Below, piece after piece: positions 1 through 10,982 of a stretch of DNA of 64,000 bases. Within the stretch, counting starts at the first letter, position 1. Each line of letters starts with the position of its first letter. A model generated the notes under the pieces. It saw only the letters and a program-made list of their open reading frames with translations. It had not been told where the DNA came from and ran no database searches. This DNA comes from Ferrovum sp. (GTDB lineage: Bacteria > Pseudomonadota > Gammaproteobacteria > Burkholderiales > Ferrovaceae). The translations under genes were made by a program, and so were the position numbers. Where the stretch lies: the NCBI GenBank assembly GCA_027316835.1, contig DAHVFW010000001.1, positions 20,550 to 84,549 of the forward strand. The letters run 5' to 3'.

Positions 1-390
1 GGTCAGTATCCCCATTTCACGGGCAATTTCAGCCACGATGGGCGCAGCCCCGGTCCCGGTTCCTCCTCCCATCCCCGCAGTGATGAAAAGCATATCTGCA
101 CCGGACACCATTTCCGCGATCCGTTCACGATCCGCCAAGGCCGCTTGCCGTCCCACTTCAGGATTCGCTCCGGCACCCAATCCCTTGGTAAGGATTTCAC
201 CCAACTGCACCTGATGGGTCGCACGACTGCGTCGCAGCGCCTGACTGTCGGTATTCATGGCAATGAATTCGACCCCGGATACCCCCTGTTCCACCATATG
301 GGCCACGGCATTTCCTCCGCACCCCCCTACGCCAATGACCTTGATCACTGCATCCGACATTGGACATTCCTGAATTTCAAAGTTTGCCAT
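1..390 (-). CDS. ftsZ: Cell division GTPase FtsZ, N-terminal 130 codons (runs off the window; not in the ORF track)
   Basis: Hand translation from ATG at 390: [32 protein letters not shown]...AMNTDSQAL...[12 protein letters not shown]...[16 protein letters not shown] (tubulin signature); lies directly after ftsA. Confidence 0.98.
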   Translation of the reverse strand, partial: MANFEIQECPMSDAVIKVIGVGGCGGNAVAHMVEQGVSGVEFIAMNTDSQALRRSRATHQVQLGEILTKGLGAGANPEVGRQAALADRERIAEMVSGADMLFITAGMGGGTGTGAAPIVAEIAREMGILT

Positions 391-431
391 GATTCACCTC
401 TCTCCGCAGATATTGTACCCAACTTGATCAC

Positions 432-1676
432 TTAAAATGAACTTTTGAACCAGTGCTTGATTCGTTCCCAGGAATACCCCAGCGTCAGGAGGCTGGATCG
501 CCCCCCCTGCGCTTTCTGATGTTCCTCAAAGCCAAAAGCCAATAATCCCATGACCGTAGCAAACTGTGGTTTACGCACCACATCCGCCAACGGTCCGCGG
601 TAAAAAGGCACCCCCAACCGCACGGGGACATGAAAAATCTCCTCCCCCAGTTCCAGCATTCCTTCCAATGCACTACTCCCCCCCGTCAGAACCACTCCAG
701 AGGGAATCAGATCCAACTGCCGACTGGTGCGCAGCTCGGTCAGTACCAGAGAAAACATTTCTTCCACCCGTGGTTCGATCACCTCCACCAAAGTCTGACG
801 TGCCATCTGACGCATTCCCCGTTCTCCCACCCCAGGAACGGCCACCTTCTGATCGCCTTCCACCAGTTGGCGCAACGCACACCCCTGCTGAATTTTGATC
901 TCCTCTGCTGCTGCCAGAGGAGTACGCAGAGCCATGGCAATATCGCCGGTGATCTGATCCCCTCCCAAGGGAATCACGGCGGTGTGACGAATAGCGCCTT
1001 TGACGAATACCGCGATATCCGTGGTCCCACCTCCGATGTCCACCAGACAGACACCCAGATCCTTTTCATCCTGCGTTACCACAGACCGGGCAGAAGCCAG
1101 AGGTTGCAGGATCAAATCACTCACTTCCAGCCCACAGCGCCGGATACACCGCATGATGTTCTGAGTCGCAGAGACCGATCCCGTGATGATGTGCACGCGC
1201 ACTTCCATACGCAATCCGCTCATTCCCACCGGTTCGCGCACATCTTCCTGACCATCGATGATGTATTCCTGAGTCAGCACATGCAACACTTGTTCATCAT
1301 TAGGAATATTGACCGCACGCGCAGTTTCCAACACCCGCTCCACATCTCCCTGCGTCACTTCCTTGTTCTGGATCGCCACCATCCCGTGGCTGTTCTTGCT
1401 TCTGACATGACTTCCCGCAATTCCGGTGATGACTTCCCGAATTTTGACATTGGCCATCAACTCGGCTTCTTCAAGCACGCGCTGAATGGATTGGACAGCC
1501 AACTCGATATCCACGACTACGCCACGACGCAAACCCTTGGAAGGCACCTGTCCGAATCCAATGATTTCGTAAGCCGTTCCCTCCGGATTGATTTCAGCCA
1601 CCACCGCAACGATTTTGGAGGTACCCACGTCCAGAGCTACAATCAGAGAACGGTTTTCGCGATGTGTCGTCAACAT
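432..1676 (-). CDS. ftsA: Cell division protein FtsA
   Basis: ALDVGTSK, VDIGGGTTD and GVVLTGG actin-fold motifs; C-terminal amphipathic helix WERIKHWF; position between ftsQ and ftsZ. Confidence 0.98.
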   Translation of the reverse strand: MLTTHRENRSLIVALDVGTSKIVAVVAEINPEGTAYEIIGFGQVPSKGLRRGVVVDIELAVQSIQRVLEEAELMANVKIREVITGIAGSHVRSKNSHGMVAIQNKEVTQGDVERVLETARAVNIPNDEQVLHVLTQEYIIDGQEDVREPVGMSGLRMEVRVHIITGSVSATQNIMRCIRRCGLEVSDLILQPLASARSVVTQDEKDLGVCLVDIGGGTTDIAVFVKGAIRHTAVIPLGGDQITGDIAMALRTPLAAAEEIKIQQGCALRQLVEGDQKVAVPGVGERGMRQMARQTLVEVIEPRVEEMFSLVLTELRTSRQLDLIPSGVVLTGGSSALEGMLELGEEIFHVPVRLGVPFYRGPLADVVRKPQFATVMGLLAFGFEEHQKAQGGRSSLLTLGYSWERIKHWFKSSF

Positions 1677-1679
1677 TTC

Positions 1680-2519
1680 TCAGTCCTCTTTTGACACGGG
1701 TCTTGGACCACGCACCGTAAATCCATTGGCATAACGCAAATCCACAGTGCCTCCTGCGGGGATCACGCCATTTTGATGCAATTCGGGCCAAACCTTCAAA
1801 AAGCGTTGCCAGCGTGTTGCATTGGGATCACGCCCCAATAACCAATGCGAACCATCATCCAGGGTCAATGTCCAGGCGCCCCGCTCGCTCAGCACCATGC
1901 CTTCCACATGCCGTCCCAACGGCTCGAGGTCATGATTGAACTTATTCCAGGCCTGGAGCATTTCCGGGCCCGCCTCACTCGGTCCGACAAAATGCGGTAA
2001 CTCCCCCAGATAGTCCGCCACAAAAGGCTCGCCAAAAATATTGAGCAGCCCCTCATCCCCCCAATAAGCGGCGGGGATTTGCTCCTCCACCTGGACTTCC
2101 AGAGCGTTGGGCCAGATCCTGTGCAAATGAACCGCCCGCACCCAGGGGATGGTTTTCAATTCCGCTGCCGCCGCACCCAGATCCACCGTAAAGAAATCCC
2201 CCCGAACCCGTTGAGCCGCCTTGGCGACCAATGCCCGGTCGACTTGATGCAAGTTTCCACGAATCACCGTGTGCTGAATCTGAAAAAAGGAACGATGAAT
2301 CACCCAGTGCAGACTCAGTTTCATCCCCACGATAAAAAGCAGCAGAAGACACAGGACCACCAATCCACGTCGATGCGCACCCAACCAGCCCCCGCACCGC
2401 TCCAGAAAACCCGGTGTTTCCGGTGTGGGATGCCGTCGGGACAAACCTTGCCGACCAGAATGTCTCAACTCGCTTTTTGTCCCCGAGTTCTTGTCCCAGG
2501 AAATACCGCTTACTGCCAC
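1680..2519 (-). CDS. ftsQ: Cell division protein FtsQ (probable GTG start at 2519 after GAGGAG; ORF track start 2624 over-extends)
   Basis: One TM helix, POTRA-like region (FFTVDL...IPWVRAVHLHRIWPNALEVQVEE), C-terminal VDLRYANGF. Confidence 0.93.
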   Translation of the reverse strand: MAVSGISWDKNSGTKSELRHSGRQGLSRRHPTPETPGFLERCGGWLGAHRRGLVVLCLLLLFIVGMKLSLHWVIHRSFFQIQHTVIRGNLHQVDRALVAKAAQRVRGDFFTVDLGAAAAELKTIPWVRAVHLHRIWPNALEVQVEEQIPAAYWGDEGLLNIFGEPFVADYLGELPHFVGPSEAGPEMLQAWNKFNHDLEPLGRHVEGMVLSERGAWTLTLDDGSHWLLGRDPNATRWQRFLKVWPELHQNGVIPAGGTVDLRYANGFTVRGPRPVSKED

Positions 2520-2541
2520 TTCGATCTCCTCGCTTCCCGAT

Positions 2542-3453
2542 TCATGACATTTCTCCCACGATGCGCACTTCCGGATGCAGATACACTCCCTTTTCCGCCA
2601 GAATCCTGGACTGTATCTCTGCAATCAGTGTTTCTATGTCCGTTGCCGTTGCCTGCCCCCGATTGATAATAAAATTGGCGTGTTTCCGGGACACTTCAGC
2701 CCCCCCGATACATTTCCCCTTGAGATCACAACATTCGATGAGGCGTGCCGCGTAATCCCCGGCCGGATTCCGAAAGACCGAGCCGGCATTGGGGAATTCC
2801 AAGGGTTGATCAGCCACCCGCTGCGCCAGCAAAGAGCGGATGTGCCTCTTGGCAGTTTCAGCATCCCCCTCTGGAAAACGCAGCAACGCAGACAAAAACC
2901 ATTCTTCAGTTCCTTTCCGGCATTCTTCCCGAAGACCGACCGAGCGATAACCGATGTCATAATCGGCGGGAGTTCGCCACCGCAATATGCCCTGTCGATC
3001 CACAGTTTCCACTTGGTGCACGAAATTCCAGATCTCTGCCCCATAACAACCCGCGTTCATGGCCAACACCCCCCCCATCGTGCCCGGTATCCCGGCCAGA
3101 AACTCCGCGCCCGCGCATCCGGCGCGGGCCGCCAAGCGAGCCACCTTAGGGGCAGGAACGCCGGCATCGATCCTCAGGCAACCCTTTTCTTCCCACGTCA
3201 CTTCTTTCAACGCGCCATGCAGTTGAACCACGGTCGCATCGATCCCCCCGTCCCGCACCAGCAGATTACTGCCCAGTCCAAGTAAAAACAGAGTCTCCTG
3301 CGCTGGCCGTGCATTCAGAAATTCCAGAAAGTCTTGCCGGTGGCGGGGCCGATAGAATTGGCGAGCCCGCCCCCCGGCACGCCAGGTGACGTGTTGACTC
3401 ATGGGTTCGTTCCGCCGCAATTCACCCAAAGCCACCTGAGGCGCCGGCATCAT
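2542..3453 (-). CDS. murB: UDP-N-acetylenolpyruvoylglucosamine reductase
   Basis: [49 protein letters not shown] motifs; ATG overlaps murC stop (ATGA). Confidence 0.97.
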   Translation of the reverse strand: MMPAPQVALGELRRNEPMSQHVTWRAGGRARQFYRPRHRQDFLEFLNARPAQETLFLLGLGSNLLVRDGGIDATVVQLHGALKEVTWEEKGCLRIDAGVPAPKVARLAARAGCAGAEFLAGIPGTMGGVLAMNAGCYGAEIWNFVHQVETVDRQGILRWRTPADYDIGYRSVGLREECRKGTEEWFLSALLRFPEGDAETAKRHIRSLLAQRVADQPLEFPNAGSVFRNPAGDYAARLIECCDLKGKCIGGAEVSRKHANFIINRGQATATDIETLIAEIQSRILAEKGVYLHPEVRIVGEMS

Positions 3454-4862
3454 GCGTATGTTCCTCCACCCAGGCGTTCCCATAACTGTCCAGGGAGTTG
3501 ACTGATATTTCCCGCGCCCATGGTGATCACCACATCCCCGGCACATACCCGCTCCAGCACCAGATCCCCCATGACGTCCATCCCCGCAGCCACCACGACC
3601 CCTTTCTGCGCCAAGGCCTGTGCCAAGGCCAAAGAATCCACTCCCGGAATGGGCGTTTCACCCGCCGCATAAACGGGGGCCAGAACGACCTGTTCGACTT
3701 CTCTCAGCACCCGCACGAATTCTGCAAAGCGATCACGGGTACGGGTATAACGGTGGGGTTGAAAAGCCAGTACCAGACGTCGCCCCGGAAAAGCTCCCCG
3801 TGCTGCTTCCAAAGTGGCAGCCATTTCTGCCGGATGATGCCCATAGTCATCCACCAGAGTGATGACCCCTCCTTGCGGCAGAGGCAGATCACCATAGCGT
3901 TGAAAGCGTCGCCCCACCCCCTTGAAAGAAGCAAGCGCGCGCACAATGGCCGGATAGGCTGCGTTCACTTCAATGGCCACCGCGATGGCAGCCAAGGCAT
4001 TCAGTACATTATGTCGCCCCGGCAAAGCCAGGAATACCTCCAGGCGACGTTCCATGGTACCGTCCCGAGCCAAGCGCAGTTCCACTCCAAAATGCATTCC
4101 TCCTGCCTCGGCGCGCACATCGACGGCCCGGATCTGAGCTTCCGGACCAAACCCGTAGGTCCGTACCGGCCGGCCCACCCGTCCCACCAGGGCGCGCACG
4201 ACAGGATCCTCCACACAGAGCACGGCCAACCCATAAAAGGGCAAATGTTCGAGGAACTTCAGAAAGGAAGTCTGCAACTGATCAAAATCATGGTCATAGG
4301 TTTCCATGTGGTCCCGATCAATATTGGTGACCACCGCCATGACTGGCTGCAGCAGCAGAAAAGAACCATCGGACTCATCCGCTTCCACCACCATGAACTC
4401 ACCGGTTCCCAATGCCGCGTGGGTACCGGCACTATTCAACTTTCCTCCAATCACAAAGGTGGGATCCAACCCCGCTTCAGACAAAACGCTGGCTACCAGA
4501 CTGGTGGTCGTGGTTTTTCCATGGGTCCCGGCCACTGCGATTCCTTTGCGCAAGCGCATCAGTTCCGCGAGCATGAGTGCGCGTGGAACCACGGGGATCT
4601 GAATCGCCCGCGCTGCCGTCAATTCCGGATTATCCGGCAGAACGGCGGTCGAAGTGACCACCACATCGGCACCCTCGATGTGTCCTGCCTCATGTCCCAA
4701 CCAGACCCGTGCACCCAGTCCGGCAAGGCGTCGAGTGGCCGGGTTCTGGAGAGCATCGCTCCCTGTCACTTCATACCCCAGGTTGAGCAACACTTCGGCG
4801 ATGCCACTCATGCCTGCGCCCCCAATCCCCACAAAATGCACATGCTGAATTCGGTGTCTCAT
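3450..4862 (-). CDS. murC: UDP-N-acetylmuramate--L-alanine ligase
   Basis: [39 protein letters not shown] motifs. Confidence 0.98.
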   Translation of the reverse strand: MRHRIQHVHFVGIGGAGMSGIAEVLLNLGYEVTGSDALQNPATRRLAGLGARVWLGHEAGHIEGADVVVTSTAVLPDNPELTAARAIQIPVVPRALMLAELMRLRKGIAVAGTHGKTTTTSLVASVLSEAGLDPTFVIGGKLNSAGTHAALGTGEFMVVEADESDGSFLLLQPVMAVVTNIDRDHMETYDHDFDQLQTSFLKFLEHLPFYGLAVLCVEDPVVRALVGRVGRPVRTYGFGPEAQIRAVDVRAEAGGMHFGVELRLARDGTMERRLEVFLALPGRHNVLNALAAIAVAIEVNAAYPAIVRALASFKGVGRRFQRYGDLPLPQGGVITLVDDYGHHPAEMAATLEAARGAFPGRRLVLAFQPHRYTRTRDRFAEFVRVLREVEQVVLAPVYAAGETPIPGVDSLALAQALAQKGVVVAAGMDVMGDLVLERVCAGDVVITMGAGNISQLPGQLWERLGGGTYA

Positions 4863-5965
4863 CCCGCCATCTCCTCACAGACCTGACTCAGACGCGCCAC
4901 TGCCGACCCCTGAAAGAGGCGACGAGCCGCATCAGCCATGCCCAGCAACAGGATGCGAGTCTGGCTTTGCAACCACTGCGCCAGAGCGGCGGCCTCCAAT
5001 TGCGTCTGAGGCCACAAACAGGCAGCCCCCGCACTTTCCAGGAAACGTGCATTGGCTGTCTGGTGATCATCCACTGCCGCCGGATAGGGCACCAACACGC
5101 TCCCCACGCCTGCAGCCGTCAACTCGGCCAAGGTCAGGGCACCTGCCCGACAAATCACCAAATCACACTCGGCGTAGGCCGCTGCCATGTCCTCGATGAA
5201 GGGACGCAAATCCCCTTGCACACCCATTTCCCGGTAATTGGCTTCCAGTTCGGTCTGATGGCGTACACCTCCTTGATGAACCACCATGGGTCGTTCTGCC
5301 GAAGGAATCAGAGCCAGGGCGCGCGGAATCCACTGATTCAAGGCCTGTGCCCCCTGACTGCCGCCCAGCACCAGCAATCGCAAGTTACCTCGACGTGGCG
5401 CAAAGCGCAGACGGGGTTCAGGCAGATCGATAATCGTGCGTCGTACTGGGTTGCCCACCGTCTCCACGATCTTGGGAAAACCCAACCAAGACGCCAAAGG
5501 GTGGCTCGATGGCTGCCGGAATGACCCCGGAAACCCTTCGAAAACCTTTTGGGCCAAACGTCCCAGGAGGCGATTGGTCAAACCCGCCACGGCATTCTGT
5601 TCGTGAATGAGCAGGGGCAAGCGCAGCAATACTGCCGCCAGCCCTCCCGGCAAGGCCACATAGCCACCAAATCCAAGCACCACATGAGGACGTTGACGCA
5701 AGATGACCCCCATGCTTTGAAAAATGGCCCGCATCACCATGAAAGGCGCCCATAGGCGCCGCCCCCATCCCTTGCCCCGCACCCCTCCCATGGCGATGGT
5801 TTCCAAAGGAAAGTGGCCTGCACCGACCCACCGCACTTCCATCCCCTGTGCCGTACCAAGCCAGATCACGCGCCACCCCTGCGTCCGCAACTGTTCTGCC
5901 AAAGCCAGGGCTGGAAAAACATGTCCCCCGGTACCGCCTGCCATGATCAATGCACAACGGCTCAT
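4859..5965 (-). CDS. murG: Lipid II N-acetylglucosaminyltransferase MurG
   Basis: [35 protein letters not shown] motifs. Confidence 0.98.
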   Translation of the reverse strand: MSRCALIMAGGTGGHVFPALALAEQLRTQGWRVIWLGTAQGMEVRWVGAGHFPLETIAMGGVRGKGWGRRLWAPFMVMRAIFQSMGVILRQRPHVVLGFGGYVALPGGLAAVLLRLPLLIHEQNAVAGLTNRLLGRLAQKVFEGFPGSFRQPSSHPLASWLGFPKIVETVGNPVRRTIIDLPEPRLRFAPRRGNLRLLVLGGSQGAQALNQWIPRALALIPSAERPMVVHQGGVRHQTELEANYREMGVQGDLRPFIEDMAAAYAECDLVICRAGALTLAELTAAGVGSVLVPYPAAVDDHQTANARFLESAGAACLWPQTQLEAAALAQWLQSQTRILLLGMADAARRLFQGSAVARLSQVCEEMAG

Positions 5966-7131
5966 CGTGGACCTCCGCGGCGCATCATTTTTTGTCGAGT
6001 CTCATGGTCGATGCGCAAAAGCACCGCCAACGTCACCACATTGGCCATGATCCCGCTGCCCCCATAACTGAGCAGCGGCAAGGTCAAACCCTTGGTGGGC
6101 AGAAGTCCCATATTGACGCCCATATTGACCAAACTTTGAAGGGCAAACCATACCCCCACGCCTTGCGCCAGCAAGGCCTCAAAATAACGTTCCATTGAAG
6201 CCGCACGACGCCCGATGGCAAAAGCCCGCACGATCAGGAAGGAGAACAAGCCCAAAGTCACCAGCACCCCCAGAAAACCCAGTTCTTCGGCAATCACCGC
6301 CATCAGGAAATCGGTATGCGCCTCGGGCAGATAGAGCTGTTTTTCCACACTGGCCCCCAACCCCAATCCCCACAATCCCCCGTGACCAAAGGCGATCAGC
6401 GCGTGAGTCAACTGATAACCCTTGCCAAAAGGATCCGCCCAGGGATTCCAGAACCAGATCAGCCGATTGAAACGGTAAGGAGAAAGGACGATCAGTAAAG
6501 CAAAGGCGACGGCCAGCAGGACCATGAGGAATAAAAACCATTTCCCGTCGAACCCCCCCAGGAAGAGTATCGCTCCCGCGATCCCGATCATCACGACGAA
6601 GGCCCCAAAGTCGGGCTCCTTGAGCAGGAGCAACCCCACCAGAAACATCACGATCAACATGGGCAAAAATACTTTCTTGAGGTCATGCATGACTGCAGCC
6701 TTGCGAGCCGTATAATCCGCCGCATAAACCAACACGAAAAACTTCATGAATTCCGATGGTTGTAAATTAAACCCTAGAAAGGACAACCAACGTCGACTGC
6801 CATTGACCTCCTTGCCCACGCCAGGAATCAGTACGAGCAACAGCCCCAGCGCTCCCACCCCAAACAGCGGGAGGGCATATCGCTTCCAGCGTTCCAGAGG
6901 CACCTGAAATGCGGCCCATCCGGCCAGAAGGGCGGCGCCCACGTACAGGGACTGACGAACAAAAAAATATGTGGAGCGAAACCCCAGATGGCGATCGGCT
7001 TCCGCACTGGCAATGGAGGCCGAATACACCATGACCATCCCGAAAGCCAGCAAGGTCATGATGGCCCACAGGAGGGGCAAATCAAACTCCGACTGTACCG
7101 CATTTCCAAGCGGGATATTGAAGCGCTTCAT
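5962..7131 (-). CDS. ftsW: SEDS peptidoglycan polymerase FtsW
   Basis: NGSRRW, QPSEFMK, EPDFG, LPEAHTDF, PTKGLTLPLLSYGGS; ATG 7131 overlaps murD stop. Confidence 0.98.
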   Translation of the reverse strand: MKRFNIPLGNAVQSEFDLPLLWAIMTLLAFGMVMVYSASIASAEADRHLGFRSTYFFVRQSLYVGAALLAGWAAFQVPLERWKRYALPLFGVGALGLLLVLIPGVGKEVNGSRRWLSFLGFNLQPSEFMKFFVLVYAADYTARKAAVMHDLKKVFLPMLIVMFLVGLLLLKEPDFGAFVVMIGIAGAILFLGGFDGKWFLFLMVLLAVAFALLIVLSPYRFNRLIWFWNPWADPFGKGYQLTHALIAFGHGGLWGLGLGASVEKQLYLPEAHTDFLMAVIAEELGFLGVLVTLGLFSFLIVRAFAIGRRAASMERYFEALLAQGVGVWFALQSLVNMGVNMGLLPTKGLTLPLLSYGGSGIMANVVTLAVLLRIDHETRQKMMRRGGPR

Positions 7132-8525
7132 GGCCGTTTCCCCTCCCCGCTTCGAGCCAGGGCATGCACCGCTGCACAATAAACTTCCGCACGATGGAGG
7201 TAGTTGCGAAACATATCGAAACTCGCACAGGCCGGAGACATCAGCACGCTCTCTCCCGGACGCGCCAAAGCGAAAGCCCGCTGCACGGCATCCTGCAGGT
7301 CGGTCGCAAAGATGCGCGGAACGGCAAGTCCTTCGAGTACCTCATCGATCCGTGCGCCATCCCGCCCAATCAAAACCACTGCCTGGGCATGAGTCGCCAC
7401 CGCCGAACGCAAGGGAGAAAAATCCTGGCCCTTGCCATCCCCGCCCGCAATCAGCACTACCGGCGCATCCAAGCCCTTCAAGGCAGCCACGGTAGCCCCC
7501 ACATTGGTGCCTTTCGAATCATCGAAGAAACGCACCCCCCTCACGTCGGCCACCCATTCCATGCGATGCGGCAACCCCCGAAATTCCTTGATGGCAGACA
7601 GCATGGCTGGTTCCGTCCACCCCAAGGCCTGTCCCATGGCCAATGCGGCCAATACATTGGCCACATTATGTTCTCCCCGCAAGGGTACTTCGGAACGGCG
7701 CATGACCCAATGATTCCCTTGCACCAACCAGCGCTCCCCATCCTTCAGGGCAACCCCCCAATCCCCTGCATTGACGGGGGCATCCAGACCAAAAGTCGGG
7801 GTCCCGGCGGAAATCATGGCTTGCACCCAGAGATCCTGCCGATTCCCCACCGGGCTTTCACACCCCTGATAGATGCGTGCCTTCGTCGCAGCGTAGGTCG
7901 CTATATCCGAATAACGATCCATATGATCTTCGCTCACATTCAGGACCACGGCGCTGTCCGGGGCCAGGGAGGAGAGGGTTTCCAGTTGGAAACTGGACAA
8001 TTCCAGCACCAATACTTCAGGCCAAGGTGAAGTCATCAAGACCTCGAGCAAGGGAATGCCGATATTCCCTGCCACGACCGTACGCAAGTTCTGGGCTCGG
8101 GCCAGATCACCCAACAAAGTGACCACCGTGCTTTTCCCGTTGGCTCCCGTGACTGCCAGAATTTTTGGGCGCTGGGGGTGTCGCGCCAATACCCGGGCCG
8201 CTACCTCCACATCGCCCAGAAAAGACATCCCACGCGCACGCCACTCATGAATCAAGGGATCATCCAGTGCGACTCCAGGACTGACGACGACCCAATCGAT
8301 CATCTGAAACAAACTGTCCTGCCAGGGACCGCCCGAAAACTCCACGTCTGGATAGGTTTCTTCCAGAACCCGGCGGTAGGGAGGCTGGACGCGCGTATCA
8401 GCCACGCGTACGCGATACCCGTTCTGTAGCAACCAACGCACAGCGGCCCATCCCGTGTCGCCCAGTCCCAGAACCAGGACCCGGTGACCCGCAGGCATCA
8501 AGGAATGGAAGAGAGGTTCCGTCAT
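7128..8525 (-). CDS. murD: UDP-N-acetylmuramoyl-L-alanine--D-glutamate ligase
   Basis: VTGANGKSTV, LELSSFQLE, DDSKGTNVGA, GGDGKGQDF, SPACASFDMF. Confidence 0.98.
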   Translation of the reverse strand: MTEPLFHSLMPAGHRVLVLGLGDTGWAAVRWLLQNGYRVRVADTRVQPPYRRVLEETYPDVEFSGGPWQDSLFQMIDWVVVSPGVALDDPLIHEWRARGMSFLGDVEVAARVLARHPQRPKILAVTGANGKSTVVTLLGDLARAQNLRTVVAGNIGIPLLEVLMTSPWPEVLVLELSSFQLETLSSLAPDSAVVLNVSEDHMDRYSDIATYAATKARIYQGCESPVGNRQDLWVQAMISAGTPTFGLDAPVNAGDWGVALKDGERWLVQGNHWVMRRSEVPLRGEHNVANVLAALAMGQALGWTEPAMLSAIKEFRGLPHRMEWVADVRGVRFFDDSKGTNVGATVAALKGLDAPVVLIAGGDGKGQDFSPLRSAVATHAQAVVLIGRDGARIDEVLEGLAVPRIFATDLQDAVQRAFALARPGESVLMSPACASFDMFRNYLHRAEVYCAAVHALARSGEGKRP

Positions 8526-8527
8526 GA

Positions 8528-9613
8528 TCAGCGAATCTTGAGAGTGGAAAGACCAGCCAAAACCAGTACGGTGGTAATGATCCAGAAACGCACCACCACC
8601 TGGTTTTCTTTCCAGCCCTTCAGTTCAAAATGATGATGGATGGGCGCCATGCGGAAAATGCGCGTGCCCGTCAATTTGAAGGATACCACCTGCAATACCA
8701 CCGACAGGGTTTCCAGCACGAATACGCCACCCATCACGAACAACACGATTTCCTGCCGTACGATCACCGCCACCAGACCCAAAGCCCCCCCTAAAGCCAG
8801 AGCGCCCACATCCCCCATGAAAACCTCGGCCGGATAGGCATTGAACCACAGAAACCCCAGTCCCGCTCCCGTCATGGCGGCACAGAAAATCACCAGTTCA
8901 CCCGCCCCCGGAATACTGGGAAAACCCAAATAGCCCGCAAATACCTTGTTGCCGGCCACGTAGGCAAATATGGCCAAAGCCCCAGAAATCATGGCGGTGG
9001 GGAGTATGGCCAAACCATCCAGACCATCGGTCAGATTGACCGCATTACTGGTGCCCACAATGACAAAATACGTCAGAATCACAAATCCCACCCCACCCAG
9101 AGGCAATGCCACCGTCTTGAAAAAGGGCACGATGAGTTCAGTTTCCGCCGGTGTGGCTGCCATTTTCAACAAGGCGACCGACACGACCACCGCAATGAGG
9201 GATTGCCAGAAATACTTGGCTTTGGCAGACAGGCCCTTGGGATTGCGATGAACCACCTTGCGGTAGTCATCCACCCAACCCACGGCCCCATAGCCCAGCA
9301 AAGTCAACAATACCAGCCAGATGTAACGATTGGTCAAATCAGCCCAGAGTACCGTCGTGACAGAGATCGCCACCAAAATCAGAGCGCCGCCCATGGTCGG
9401 CGTGCCGCTTTTGACCAGATGAGTCTGAGGCCCATCGCTACGTACTGTTTGTCCAATCTTGTACGCCGTCAACTGACGAATCATGGCAGGCCCAAACAGA
9501 AAGGACATCCCTAGAGAAGTCAGGGTTGCCAGTACCGCTCTGAGAGTCAGGTACTCGAATACGTGAAATCCTCTAACACCGGCTGCCAGCCAGTGGGTCA
9601 ATGCCAGTAACAT
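8528..9613 (-). CDS. mraY: Phospho-N-acetylmuramoyl-pentapeptide transferase
   Basis: [41 protein letters not shown]. Confidence 0.98.
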   Translation of the reverse strand: MLLALTHWLAAGVRGFHVFEYLTLRAVLATLTSLGMSFLFGPAMIRQLTAYKIGQTVRSDGPQTHLVKSGTPTMGGALILVAISVTTVLWADLTNRYIWLVLLTLLGYGAVGWVDDYRKVVHRNPKGLSAKAKYFWQSLIAVVVSVALLKMAATPAETELIVPFFKTVALPLGGVGFVILTYFVIVGTSNAVNLTDGLDGLAILPTAMISGALAIFAYVAGNKVFAGYLGFPSIPGAGELVIFCAAMTGAGLGFLWFNAYPAEVFMGDVGALALGGALGLVAVIVRQEIVLFVMGGVFVLETLSVVLQVVSFKLTGTRIFRMAPIHHHFELKGWKENQVVVRFWIITTVLVLAGLSTLKIR

Positions 9614-9635
9614 GGATCGTTTCCCTGATAAACAT

Positions 9636-10982
9636 TCATTGAATCAATCCCTCGACAATCGCTTCCATGCGCATGAAACGGGACCCCTTGACCAATACCA
9701 CCGTGTCCGCATTCAGTTGGGGACGAAGCACCTGAATCAGATGCTGAGCATCAGTTTCATGCCGGGCAGAGGGCCCAAAGGCCAAACTGGCTTCCCGTGC
9801 CAGATTTCCCAGAGTGTAGAATTCGTCGATCCCCAAAGTACGCGCCAACTGACCCACTTCAGCATGGAGCGCGGGACCCTCGGGTCCCAACTCACCCAGA
9901 TCTCCCAGCACAAAAATCCTTCGTCCCGAGCGCTGGGCCAAAACATCCAAAGCCGCTTGCACCGAATCCGGGTTGGCATTGTAGGTATCATCCAGAATGA
10001 GGGCACCCAAAGAAGAAAAACGGCTTTGCAAGCGCCCCGGGATACCTGCAAAACCTTCCAGACCCTGTTGCACGGCCCCCATGTCCACCTTCAGGGCCAA
10101 GGCAACCGCTGTGGCCGCCAAGGCATTTTTCTGGTTATGTTGTCCTGGAACCTGCAAACGCACGGTCACGGATTCCGCCGGCCCATGAATGTGCAACAAC
10201 CCTCGGTCAAATTCTCCGCGCACGCGTGCATTCTCTTCAAAACCAAAGGTCAACATTTCATGGGAGGCCGCCGCGCTTCGCAGCACCGTGCCGTAGGGTC
10301 CACTTTCCGGAAGAACCGCCACTCCCCGGGCGCCCAACCCTTCAAAGACTTCTCCCTTGGCCCGCGCAATTTCTGCCAATGAACCCAAATGTCCCAGATG
10401 AGCGCGCTGTACATTGGTGACCACCGCCACGTCCGGTTCAGCGATACGGGTCAACTGGGCAATTTCACCGGCATGATTCATGCCCATCTCGATGACCGCC
10501 CAGCGATGTTCGGGGCGCAGTGCCAACAAAGTCAACGGCAAGCCGATGTCATTGTTGAAATTTCCCGGAGTTGCCCACACGGCTTGCGCGCCAGCGGAAT
10601 CAAAAGAACGAAGAATGGCAGCCACCATTTCCTTGACGGTGGTCTTGCCATTACTTCCCGTCACCGCCACCACGCTCGGATTGAACTGGCGGCGTCGGGC
10701 TCGAGCCAATCGTGCCAATGCCACGCGCGTCGAATCCATCCGCCAGCAGCAGTCCCAATCCCGTACTGCCGGAACATCACGTTCGATGATGGCCCCAGCC
10801 ACACCTCGGGCGCGCACCTCTTCCAAAAAGTCGTGCCCATCAAAAAATTCACCCTTGATGGCGATGAACAGGTCCCCTGGTCCACAGTCCCGACTGTCGG
10901 TACTGACCCGCAACAATTCCGGATTGCCGCCCTTGGGCACCCCCCCCAGAAGATGGACCACCTCGTGCCAGGTCCAGTTCAT
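9636..10982 (-). CDS. murF: UDP-N-acetylmuramoyl-tripeptide--D-Ala-D-Ala ligase
   Basis: [51 protein letters not shown]; ATG 10982 overlaps murE stop. Confidence 0.97.
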   Translation of the reverse strand: MNWTWHEVVHLLGGVPKGGNPELLRVSTDSRDCGPGDLFIAIKGEFFDGHDFLEEVRARGVAGAIIERDVPAVRDWDCCWRMDSTRVALARLARARRRQFNPSVVAVTGSNGKTTVKEMVAAILRSFDSAGAQAVWATPGNFNNDIGLPLTLLALRPEHRWAVIEMGMNHAGEIAQLTRIAEPDVAVVTNVQRAHLGHLGSLAEIARAKGEVFEGLGARGVAVLPESGPYGTVLRSAAASHEMLTFGFEENARVRGEFDRGLLHIHGPAESVTVRLQVPGQHNQKNALAATAVALALKVDMGAVQQGLEGFAGIPGRLQSRFSSLGALILDDTYNANPDSVQAALDVLAQRSGRRIFVLGDLGELGPEGPALHAEVGQLARTLGIDEFYTLGNLAREASLAFGPSARHETDAQHLIQVLRPQLNADTVVLVKGSRFMRMEAIVEGLIQ

